Translations under genes and position numbers: made by a program | Shown here: piece after piece, positions 1 through 7,985 of the stretch | Numbering within the stretch: the first letter of the stretch is position 1 | Layout: every line of letters starts with the position of its first letter | NCBI GenBank assembly: GCA_964636545.1 | Contig: CAZWSR010000001.1 | Location: forward strand, 13,254-77,253 | Direction of reading: 5' to 3' | DNA length: 64,000 bases | Source of the DNA: Candidatus Undinarchaeota archaeon | GTDB lineage: Archaea > Undinarchaeota > Undinarchaeia > Undinarchaeales > UBA543 | The notes under the pieces: generated by a model | What the model saw: only the letters and a program-made list of their open reading frames with translations | Databases searched by the model: none | What the model was told of the DNA's origin: nothing

Positions 1-96
1 TTTGAGACTTGTGCAGTAACCAACTTCAATGCCTGCACATTGTCCGCAGCAAGGCGGAGTTATAAAGGCTTTGGAAAGGGTTGGTTTCGGGTGGAA

Positions 97-1350
97 CTAT
101 GTTCCTGCACTATAATCAGTTGCATATTTCTTCTGCTCTTCAGAAAGCTCGTCAATAATAAAGCCCATTGTACTTAATTTCAGATCAGCGATTTCTTGGT
201 CCTGCTCCTTTGCAATATCGTAAACCTTATTCTCCAAATCCTTACCTTTCTCAGCAATGAAGATCATTGTCTTGAATTGGTTAGCAAAACTCATATCCAT
301 AACCTCACTAGGGTGACCCTCAGCAGCAGCCAAATTGACTAACCGTCCTTTAGCAAGTACATAAATTCGTCTTCCATTTGGCATCTTGTACTCTTCATTA
401 TTTGGACGAATATCCCTTTTACTTTCTGAAAGTTCTTCTAATTCAGGAATATTTATTTCACAATCGTAATGTCCAGTATTACACACAATTGCTCCGTCTT
501 TCATACCTTCAAAATGTCTTTTAACAATTATGTCCTTCATTCCAGTTGCAGTAATGAAAATATCACCAATCTTTGCAGCTTCATCCATTTTCATGACCCT
601 GAAACCTTCAAGAGTTGCTTTCAGAGCTTGGATTGGATCAACTTCAGTTACAATAACATTAGCACCAAGACCTTTTGCGCGCATTGCACAGCCCTTTCCA
701 CAATGACCGTAACCAGCTACAACAAAGTTTTTTCCAGCAATTAGGACAGAAGTTGCTCTGATAATACCATCAATAGAGCTCTGACCAGTTCCGTAAACAT
801 TGTCAAAATCCCATTTTGTTTCAGCATCATTCACTGCAATAACCGGGTAAAGCATTTTTCCATCATCAGCCATTGCTCTAAGTCTGTGAACACCAGTTGT
901 GGTTTCTTCAGAACCACCAAGAATTTCTTTGGCTTGCTCTTGATGTTTGTTATGAACTGTAAAAATAAGGTCAGCTCCGTCATCAAGAGTAATTGTTGGT
1001 TTTGCAGCAATACACTGCTCAATACTCCAGTAAAAATCTTCAGTGTTCTGTCCATACCAAGCAAATACATCAACATTTTCTTCTTCAGCAAGAGCTGCAG
1101 CAACATCGTCCTGTGTACTCAAAGGATTGCACCCACTCCACACAATTTTAGCGCCAGCATCACGCAAGGTTTTTACAAGAACAGCAGTCTCCTTAGTAAC
1201 ATGAAGACAACCTGCAATTGTTTGCCCTGCTAGCGGTTTTGTCTCAGAATACTTTTTTCTGAGAGCCATCATGACAGGCATTCTTGATTCTGCCCAGTCA
1301 ATTTTTAATTTTCCTTGCTCTGCAAGTTTTGGATCTGCTATTTTTGACAT
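97..1350 (-). CDS. ahcY: S-adenosyl-L-homocysteine hydrolase (adenosylhomocysteinase)
   Basis: 417 aa. NAD-binding GxGxxG (VAGYGHCGKG) and conserved SAHH blocks (CNPLSTQDD, HxTxETA-like HVTKETAVL). Ends with TAG. Confidence 0.9.
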   Translation of the reverse strand: MSKIADPKLAEQGKLKIDWAESRMPVMMALRKKYSETKPLAGQTIAGCLHVTKETAVLVKTLRDAGAKIVWSGCNPLSTQDDVAAALAEEENVDVFAWYGQNTEDFYWSIEQCIAAKPTITLDDGADLIFTVHNKHQEQAKEILGGSEETTTGVHRLRAMADDGKMLYPVIAVNDAETKWDFDNVYGTGQSSIDGIIRATSVLIAGKNFVVAGYGHCGKGCAMRAKGLGANVIVTEVDPIQALKATLEGFRVMKMDEAAKIGDIFITATGMKDIIVKRHFEGMKDGAIVCNTGHYDCEINIPELEELSESKRDIRPNNEEYKMPNGRRIYVLAKGRLVNLAAAEGHPSEVMDMSFANQFKTMIFIAEKGKDLENKVYDIAKEQDQEIADLKLSTMGFIIDELSEEQKKYATDYSAGT

Positions 1351-1407
1351 TCAAATCACTTAGGTTTAGGAACTTAAAGCAATATAAGTAGTTTATGATA
1401 TCGGAAA

Positions 1408-1878
1408 GTGTTAAATATAAAGGAATGTACTATATTTATTATGTTCTTTAAAAAAGCAAGAATAAGAAGCATGCAGAGAAAAAGAATGAAAGGAGCACTT
1501 CAAGACAGAGTTGATGATTTAAGTGGCGCAATAGACAAAGCAAGCAGTCATGCCAGAAGCATAGGAGATGCTTATGATATTTTTGGAAGTTTAACTATTG
1601 AGGGTAAGAACCCAGAATTTGATGAAGATGGCACAGAAGTGACACTTGAGAAGAATGACAGCTCTGTAGAGATGGAGATTGAAAGAGGAGACATAAAAGA
1701 TCTGAAAATGGATGGAGATGATGTTAGATCAGTTGCAAAAGAAATATTCACATTCCTGAATAATAGAATAAAACAAGAAGGTGAGGACCCTTATGCAGAC
1801 ATGAAAAAAACAGGAATATCGCCTCAGATGCCAATACCACGTGAATTAAGAGTTATTTTTGACAAAGGTAATAAATAA
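1408..1878 (+). CDS. hypothetical acidic protein (start likely an internal Met near 1441 or 1471)
   Basis: 156-aa ORF with no recognisable motifs. Acidic, lies in the intergenic slot between ahcY and apt. Confidence 0.35.
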   Translation: MLNIKECTIFIMFFKKARIRSMQRKRMKGALQDRVDDLSGAIDKASSHARSIGDAYDIFGSLTIEGKNPEFDEDGTEVTLEKNDSSVEMEIERGDIKDLKMDGDDVRSVAKEIFTFLNNRIKQEGEDPYADMKKTGISPQMPIPRELRVIFDKGNK

Positions 1879-1888
1879 ATAAATTAGT

Positions 1889-2419
1889 TTATTTCACATC
1901 CTCATTATCATAATGTTGCAGTGAAAGCAAATCATATTTTCCTAATTTCTCTCTACCTTTTAGGAAATCAAGTTCTACAATAAAACACATTCCAGCAACA
2001 ATGCCGCCAACTTTTTCAACTAAATTCGCTGTTGCTTGAATTGTTCCACCAGTTGCAAGAAGATCATCAACAAGTAAAACTTTCTGACCAGGTTTAATTG
2101 TATCCTTGTGCATTTCAATTTTGTCAGTACCGTATTCTAATTCATATTCTTCAAAAACAATTTTGCTTGGCAGTTTGCCTGGTTTTCGAACAAGTGAGAG
2201 TGGTTTGTTAAGTGCAATAGCAAGAGCTCCGCCGAAAATGAAACCGCGTGACTCAACACCAACAATAACATCAATTTCCTTGTCCTTGTAATGATTAGCA
2301 AATGTGTCAATACAGTGCTTGAAAGCTTCTGGACTTTCAAGAATAGTTGTTATGTCATAGAACAAAATCCCTTCTTTTGGGAAATTTGGTATTTTTCTAA
2401 TATGTGAGTCAATATCCAT
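1889..2419 (-). CDS. apt: adenine phosphoribosyltransferase
   Basis: Type I PRTase PRPP-binding motif (VLLVDDLLATGGT) and the VESRGFIFGGALA block typical of APRT. Confidence 0.85.
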   Translation of the reverse strand: MDIDSHIRKIPNFPKEGILFYDITTILESPEAFKHCIDTFANHYKDKEIDVIVGVESRGFIFGGALAIALNKPLSLVRKPGKLPSKIVFEEYELEYGTDKIEMHKDTIKPGQKVLLVDDLLATGGTIQATANLVEKVGGIVAGMCFIVELDFLKGREKLGKYDLLSLQHYDNEDVK

Positions 2420-2465
2420 AAACTCTTTAAGGAGTGGATGTATTTAATTTTAACTGGAGACTAGA

Positions 2466-3257
2466 ATGGCAAATGCAGAAATTGGAATTATAGGAGGCAC
2501 TGGTGTCTATGATCCAGAGCTTTTGGAAAATGCTGAAGAAGTCAGTATTGAAACCCCTTACGGCAAGCCGTCTGAGGTTGCTACTGTTGGAACTTATGCT
2601 GGTGTGAATGTTGCATTTATGCCTCGACATGGTGCAAAACACACAATTCCACCACATAAAATAAATTTTAGAGCAAATATTCACGCCTTCAAGGAATTAG
2701 GTGTAAAATGGATTTTAGCACCACAAGCAGTTGGTTCTCTTCAAGAAGAATACAAACCAGGTGAGCTTGCTTTTCCAGATCAATTTATTGACAGAACTTG
2801 GGGACGACCTCAAACTTTTTATGAAGGTCCACAGGTTTGTCATATTTCAGTTGCTGAACCATTTTGCAAAGATTTGCGAACTCTTCTTGCTGAAAAAACC
2901 AAGGCACTTGGCTACGGAATGCATGAAAAAGGAACTTATGTTTGTATTCAAGGACCACGATTTTCAACAAAAGCAGAATCTCAAATGTTTAGACAGTGGA
3001 ATGGACATATTATTGGAATGACAGCTGTTCCAGAATGTGTTTTAGCTCGGGAAGCAGAAATTTGCTATTCTTCAGTTGCAATGATTACTGATTATGATGT
3101 TTGGAAAGATCATACTGTTACAAATGAAGAAGTTGTTAAATGCATGAAAGAAAATAACGGGAAAGTGAAAGCACTTTTGAAAGAAGCAATACCTGAAATT
3201 CCAAAACTTGCTCGCGAATGCGGGTGCGGGACAGCACTGAAAGGTGCGATGATGTAG
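2466..3257 (+). CDS. mtnP: S-methyl-5'-thioadenosine phosphorylase (PNP/MTAP family)
   Basis: IGIIGGTGVYDPE N-terminus, purine nucleoside phosphorylase family blocks. Adjacent to apt and ahcY (salvage context). Confidence 0.8.
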   Translation: MANAEIGIIGGTGVYDPELLENAEEVSIETPYGKPSEVATVGTYAGVNVAFMPRHGAKHTIPPHKINFRANIHAFKELGVKWILAPQAVGSLQEEYKPGELAFPDQFIDRTWGRPQTFYEGPQVCHISVAEPFCKDLRTLLAEKTKALGYGMHEKGTYVCIQGPRFSTKAESQMFRQWNGHIIGMTAVPECVLAREAEICYSSVAMITDYDVWKDHTVTNEEVVKCMKENNGKVKALLKEAIPEIPKLARECGCGTALKGAMM

Positions 3258-3458
3258 TTAGGCTCGTGTTGAGATTACTTCATCAGGCAAATACTTTTTA
3301 GCATTTAGAATTTCAATACCAAGAAGTTGGTTATTAGCTGAAAAATCAAGATTAATTTCCTGATTCATAGAAATTGTTCTTTTAACTTCTCCTGCGCCGA
3401 TACTTTCTTTTAGATAAATATATGCAGCATTTGCTTCTTTGTCGTAGTTTAATTTCAT
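3258..3458 (-). CDS. DUF2283-like small protein
   Basis: 66 aa, YDKEANAAYIYL motif characteristic of the DUF2283 family. Confidence 0.45.
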   Translation of the reverse strand: MKLNYDKEANAAYIYLKESIGAGEVKRTISMNQEINLDFSANNQLLGIEILNAKKYLPDEVISTRA

Positions 3459-3505
3459 AAAAATAAGATAGAAACAAGAGTTTATAATGTTTTAGTGGTC
3501 TTTTG

Positions 3506-3595
3506 CGCGGGGGCCGGGATTTGAACCCGGGAAAGTCTGTGAAAGACTAACACAGTCTTCAGCTGTGCTTGTTAACCAAGCTCCAACACCCCCGC
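3506..3595 (-). tRNA. class-II-architecture tRNA with anticodon GAA (Leu/Ser-like body, G73 discriminator, 20-nt variable hairpin); identity ambiguous
   Basis: Hand fold on minus strand: acceptor GCGGGGG/CCCCCGC, 3-bp D-stem TTG/CAA with long D-loop GAGCTTGGTTAA, anticodon arm CACAG-CTGAAGA-CTGTG (U33, G34A35A36, G37), 20-nt insert TTAGTCTTTCACAGACTTTC forming a 5-bp hairpin, T-arm CCGGG-TTCAAAT-CCCGG. No encoded CCA. Confidence 0.6.
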
Positions 3596-3605
3596 AATTT
3601 TTATA

Positions 3606-3695
3606 TACTACTCAGGCGTATGGTATACACCTGTGAAAGACCTACACAGTTCTATACTGTGCTTGTGCCCAAGCTTCGGCACACCCATTTTTATT
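3606..3695 (-). other. partial tRNA-like duplicate (5' two-thirds of the adjacent tRNA, lacks T-arm and 3' acceptor)
   Basis: Minus strand GGGTGTGCCGAAGCTTGGGCACAAGCACAG-TATAGAA-CTGTGTAGGTCTTTCACAG aligns to the neighbouring tRNA through the variable hairpin. It then diverges (GTGTATACCATACGCC) with no TTCAAAT T-loop. Confidence 0.4.
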
Positions 3696-3710
3696 TTGTG
3701 CCAGCGGAGA

Positions 3711-3720
3711 CTATATAAAT
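3711..3720 (+). promoter_or_regulatory. TATA box (CTATATAAAT) about 30 bp upstream of the methylthiotransferase ATG
   Basis: Archaeal TATA-like A/T box at the expected distance. Transcript would be leaderless or short-leader. Confidence 0.4.
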
Positions 3721-3749
3721 ATTAATTAACTGGAGTGAGTTTATTGAGT

Positions 3750-4931
3750 ATGAAATTCTACATTGAAACTTACGGTTGTTCTAGGAATCAAGCAGATTCA
3801 GAAGCAATAGCTGGAGCACTTGCTGAAGAACATGAACAGGTTTTGAATGCTAATGACGCCGATATTGTTGTTGTAAACACCTGTATTGTGAAAACTCCAA
3901 CTGAAAATAAGATTTTGAAAGCTTTGAAGAAATATTCTAATAAAAAACTGATTGTTGCTGGTTGTATGTCAGTGGCGCAGGTGGAGTTAATTAAAGAAAC
4001 AGTGCCAAATGCAGAAATTTGGGGAGTTAAGCATGAGGATGTTCTGGAAGGACCGCGGATTAGAACAAATAAAATTGTTAGTATAATTCCGATTTCATCT
4101 GGATGTCTTGGAGATTGTACTTATTGTATTGTTAAAAAAGCTCGTGGAAAATTAAAAAGTTATTCTCAAGAGAAAATAATTTCTGCAATTGAGAAATCAG
4201 TTGCTGATGGTTGTAAGGAAATTTGGATAACTGCTCAGGACACTGGAGCTTATGGAATTGACACTGGAACAAGCTTGCCAGCGCTTTTAGAGGAAATTTG
4301 CAAAGTTTCTGGAGATTTCAGGGTTCGGGTTGGTATGATGAACCCAAATCATGCAATGAAAATGCTTCCAGCACTTGTGAAAGCACTTCAGCACGAGAAA
4401 ATGTTCAAGTTTTTGCATTTGCCAGTTCAGTCAGGAAATGACAAAGTTTTGAAAGAAATGAATCGATTTTACACTGTTGCTGATTATAAGAAAATAATTG
4501 AGTTTGTTAAGAAAGAAATTCCACAAATTACAATTTCCACTGATGTTATTGTTGGTTTTCCTGGAGAAACTAATGAGCAATTTGAAGAAAGTTTGAAATT
4601 AGTTGAGCAGACAGAGCCAGATATTGTGAATATTTCAAGATATGGAGCACGGCCGGGCACTCCTGCAGCTGAACTTGAACAACACCAAGAAATTACTAAA
4701 AAAGAAAGGAGCAGAGCAATGACAATACTTGTTAGGCAAATTGGGCAAAAGCAGAATAATGAGTGGTTAGATTGGGAAGGAGAAGTTCTGATTGATGAAA
4801 TTGGCAAAGAAAATGATTTTATTGGAAGAAATTTTGCGTATAAGCCAATTGTTGTGAAAGGAAAACGAGAACTTGGTGAGTTTGTTAAAATTAAGGTTGG
4901 GAAAGCAACTGAGAATTATTTAGTTTCTTAA
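3750..4931 (+). CDS. MiaB-like tRNA methylthiotransferase (archaeal MtaB/CDKAL1 type), radical SAM with TRAM domain
   Basis: MKFYIETYGCSRNQ MTTase N-domain cysteines, radical SAM CxxxCxxC (CLGDCTYC), C-terminal TRAM-like region. Start taken at ATG 3750 rather than track TTG 3735. Confidence 0.8.
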   Translation: MKFYIETYGCSRNQADSEAIAGALAEEHEQVLNANDADIVVVNTCIVKTPTENKILKALKKYSNKKLIVAGCMSVAQVELIKETVPNAEIWGVKHEDVLEGPRIRTNKIVSIIPISSGCLGDCTYCIVKKARGKLKSYSQEKIISAIEKSVADGCKEIWITAQDTGAYGIDTGTSLPALLEEICKVSGDFRVRVGMMNPNHAMKMLPALVKALQHEKMFKFLHLPVQSGNDKVLKEMNRFYTVADYKKIIEFVKKEIPQITISTDVIVGFPGETNEQFEESLKLVEQTEPDIVNISRYGARPGTPAAELEQHQEITKKERSRAMTILVRQIGQKQNNEWLDWEGEVLIDEIGKENDFIGRNFAYKPIVVKGKRELGEFVKIKVGKATENYLVS

Positions 4932-4974
4932 GAGAATAGTAATTCTTAAAAACAATGAAAACCAATAGGACTTA

Positions 4975-5748
4975 ATGAGAGACCCAACAAAAAATTTAAA
5001 ACATGCTCTTGAAAAAGTAATAGAGCTATATCCAGAATATGCTAATGAAAAAACTATTGATGTTTTTTCAGAAAAAATAGAAGGAAATATACCATACAAA
5101 GGCGTGACACTTGCGATGTATCTCAGAATCCTCTCAAACGCCTATAGAAACAATCAAGAGAAATTGACAGAAGGATACATAAAAGATGCAGTAGGCAATA
5201 AAAATCGAAAAAAACAATGTATACTGATACTAAAACAGGAACAAGAATTAACAAAAAAAGTAGCAGAGATATCACACAATATAATTAATAAAAGTAGAAT
5301 ATCATCATTTGAAAAAGTAGTGGAATTGTATCCAAAATACTTTGACGAAAAAAATATGCGAGATTTTTCAAAAAAAATAAGAGGAGAAATAGAATACTCA
5401 GCTGCAACACTGGCTCAGCAACTTGGTATTCTCGCAGATGCCTACAAAAATAACACAGGAGATCTCACAGAAAAGAGTATACAACGAATAAGGTGTACGC
5501 ATAGAAATAGAAAAAACCAACTCATAAGCCTATTAAAACACGAACCAGAATTAATGAAAACAGTAGCAAAAATTGGTTGTTTCTTCAAAAACAAAAAAAG
5601 ATTCAGAGGAAAAGAGTATCTTAAAGAAAAATACTATGGAAGCGGAATATTGTTAGAAAAACTTGCACACTTTCTAGAAATAATGTTTGGATGGAAACCT
5701 ACAATCCTTAATCAAGCAGCACATAATCCAAGGGCAAGAAGAGCCTGA
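4975..5748 (+). CDS. hypothetical protein with internal approximately 100-aa tandem duplication
   Basis: Two diverged repeats (KVIELYPEYANEKTIDVFSEKIEGNIPYKGVTLAMYLRILSNAYRNN versus KVVELYPKYFDEKNMRDFSKKIRGEIEYSAATLAQQLGILADAYKNN). A-rich coding strand. Confidence 0.45.
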   Translation: MRDPTKNLKHALEKVIELYPEYANEKTIDVFSEKIEGNIPYKGVTLAMYLRILSNAYRNNQEKLTEGYIKDAVGNKNRKKQCILILKQEQELTKKVAEISHNIINKSRISSFEKVVELYPKYFDEKNMRDFSKKIRGEIEYSAATLAQQLGILADAYKNNTGDLTEKSIQRIRCTHRNRKNQLISLLKHEPELMKTVAKIGCFFKNKKRFRGKEYLKEKYYGSGILLEKLAHFLEIMFGWKPTILNQAAHNPRARRA

Positions 5749-5767
5749 GAATTATTTAGTTTCTTAA

Positions 5768-6076
5768 TCACCAATCTGGCAAAGACTCAGACGCAGGTGA
5801 ATAATCTCCCATACTTGTTAAGGAATAAATACCATCTGTGCCAATTCGTTCATGAATATATTTGTCTTCTAAAAGTTCATCAAATGCTGCTTCTGCTTGT
5901 TCTTTTGGAATTTTCTCAAGAACTGCTTTGTCAATAACTTCATCTCGCCTAAACTCCAGTAAATTGAGCTCAATAATAACATTCTTTACTGCTGTCTTGT
6001 AATCCACGTGCCCAGCAAATGTGTCTTTCTTTGTTTCTTTTTTTTCTGCATCAATTCCAGGAAGGTCGTCAATCAT
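5768..6076 (-). CDS. hypothetical protein
   Basis: 102-aa ORF, acidic, no recognisable motif. Confidence 0.35.
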   Translation of the reverse strand: MIDDLPGIDAEKKETKKDTFAGHVDYKTAVKNVIIELNLLEFRRDEVIDKAVLEKIPKEQAEAAFDELLEDKYIHERIGTDGIYSLTSMGDYSPASESLPDW

Positions 6077-6110
6077 AAACTATAAATGTTCGGCATAGGA
6101 TTTAAGTGTT

Positions 6111-7172
6111 ATGCAGAGGAGGGATTGTACTATCATAGGCGCTGGACCAGTTGGGTTGTATCTGGCTAGACAGCTTAAGGATTTTGATGTTAGAATTATT
6201 GAAGAGCATAAAGAAGTTGGTAAACCAGTTCAGTGTACTGGATTAATTAGCACAAATGTTGACAAAGTACATAAGGTGCCTCTTGATTGCGTTTTGAACA
6301 AGGTAAAAGGTGCACGAATACATTCTCCTTCTGGAAAAAAGCTTGAAATCAGGGCAGAAACAGAGCAAGCATATGTAATTGATCGTGGACTTTTTGATAA
6401 ATCACTTGCTGAAGGACTGGAAGTTGAGCATGGAAAGCGAGCAAATCACTTGAAATTCAATTCAAAATACATTATTGGAGCAGATGGACCAAATTCCGCA
6501 GTTGCACAACTTGCTGGATTTGGAGAAATTGCTGAAAAAGCTCCAGCAGTACAGTATGAAATTCCAATTGGCAATTACGATACTGAATTTGTTGAAATGT
6601 ATTTTGGGAACAATATTGCACCTGGTTTTTTTGCATGGATTGTGCCAACTGACAGTCGGTTGAGAGTTGGATTAGCTGCTCGCGATAATATAAAATATTA
6701 TTTAGATAAATTTTTGAATTCAAAAATCCCAGGAGCAAGAATTCTGGATACTCAAGCAGGAGTTGTTCCACTTGCACCTCGTCAAAATTTTGTAAAAGGA
6801 AATGTTGCACTTGTTGGAGATGCAGCTGGGCAAGTAAAATCAACAACAGGTGGCGGAGTTTATACTGGGATGGTTTCAGCAAAATGTTTAGCAGATGCAA
6901 TTAAACAAGGCGATTTGCAGAAATACCAGAATTTGTGGAAAAAAGAACTTGGTAGAGATTTCAGTTTTAATAACAGGATTAGAAGAGCAATTGGGAGTAT
7001 TTCAGATGTTGAAATGGAAAAAGTTTGGGACATTTTGATAAGGGATGATGTAAAGAAAATGATTACAAAATACGGAGGTATGGATCACCCAACAAAATTA
7101 GTAAAAGGTCTTTTGAGAAATCCGAAACTTTTAAGATATGTTCCGTACTTTATGAGGTTGTGTAAACAGTAG
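6111..7172 (+). CDS. geranylgeranyl reductase family FAD-dependent oxidoreductase (digeranylgeranylglycerophospholipid reductase-like)
   Basis: N-terminal FAD-binding Rossmann motif CTIIGAGPVGLYLA, GADG block, size and layout typical of archaeal GGR. Confidence 0.75.
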   Translation: MQRRDCTIIGAGPVGLYLARQLKDFDVRIIEEHKEVGKPVQCTGLISTNVDKVHKVPLDCVLNKVKGARIHSPSGKKLEIRAETEQAYVIDRGLFDKSLAEGLEVEHGKRANHLKFNSKYIIGADGPNSAVAQLAGFGEIAEKAPAVQYEIPIGNYDTEFVEMYFGNNIAPGFFAWIVPTDSRLRVGLAARDNIKYYLDKFLNSKIPGARILDTQAGVVPLAPRQNFVKGNVALVGDAAGQVKSTTGGGVYTGMVSAKCLADAIKQGDLQKYQNLWKKELGRDFSFNNRIRRAIGSISDVEMEKVWDILIRDDVKKMITKYGGMDHPTKLVKGLLRNPKLLRYVPYFMRLCKQ

Positions 7173-7212
7173 TAGCCCTACCTACTACCAACCACCGACT
7201 ACCCACTACTTT
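7171..7212. repeat. copy of dispersed repeat (reverse orientation) between convergent GGR and uppS genes
   Basis: AGTAGCCCTACCTACTACCAACCACCGACTACCCACTACTTTCC. Confidence 0.55.
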
Positions 7213-7892
7213 CCGTATCTTCTCTGCCGCGCATCAAAATCATCCATTGCTTTTGTAATATCTTCTTTTGTTAAATCAGGCCAATATTTGTCAAGGAAAA
7301 ACAATTCAGTGTACGCACCTTGCCACAATAAGAAATTACTAATTCGTTGTTCTCCGGAACTTCGCAAAAGCATGTCTGGCTCAGGAATATCTGGTTTGTA
7401 AAGATTTTTTGAAATATTTTCCTCAGAAATTTCAGAACCTGCTTCATTTAATTTTTTAACTGCATCGACAATTTCTAATCTTCCTGAATAAGCTAAAGCA
7501 ATACTGAAAACATGCTTGTCATACTGCTTTGTTGCTTCCATTGCAGAATTTGCAGCTTCCTGAATCTTTTTTGGAAGAAGGTCAACTCTGCCAAGTACCT
7601 GAACACGGACTTCGTTCTTGTGTGTTCGCTCATCCTCGGCAATTCTCTTAAAATGGTGTGCATACAATCGCGCCAGCGCATCTAACTGAAGTTTACTTCT
7701 ATTAAAATTCTCAATTGACAAACCATAGCCAGTAATGTACTTGGTTGGATAAGTTTCAACAAACCACGGCATAATTTCTTCAATAACTTCAATTCCTTTT
7801 TTGTGACCATCCCACGGTTTTAATCCTTGCGCCTTTGCCCACCTACGACAGCCATCTGGAATAATTGCTAAGTGATTTGGATAATTTGTCAT
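7206..7892 (-). CDS. uppS: cis-prenyltransferase, undecaprenyl/dehydrodolichyl diphosphate synthase (UppS family)
   Basis: HLAIIPDGCRRWA (HxAIIMDGNRRWA consensus) and C-terminal RxSGExRxSxFLLWQ block. Confidence 0.85.
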   Translation of the reverse strand: MTNYPNHLAIIPDGCRRWAKAQGLKPWDGHKKGIEVIEEIMPWFVETYPTKYITGYGLSIENFNRSKLQLDALARLYAHHFKRIAEDERTHKNEVRVQVLGRVDLLPKKIQEAANSAMEATKQYDKHVFSIALAYSGRLEIVDAVKKLNEAGSEISEENISKNLYKPDIPEPDMLLRSSGEQRISNFLLWQGAYTELFFLDKYWPDLTKEDITKAMDDFDARQRRYGK

Positions 7893-7916
7893 TTCTTGTT
7901 TTTCCTTTTGGTTCGG

Positions 7917-7985
7917 TGTATCAGTGTATCCGGGGCTCAGCGGGTCCGTACTGAGCCCCTGCGCCCCCGAGCCCCTGCGCCCCTT
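7917..7985. repeat. GC-rich element (GTGTATCCGGGGC...) with perfect 9-bp stem hairpin GGGGCTCAG/CTGAGCCCC and GCCCCTGCGCCCC direct repeats
   Basis: About 65% GC against an AT-rich background. Read through as the C-terminal tail of ORF 7937..10174. Related copy at 28936-28968. Confidence 0.55.
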
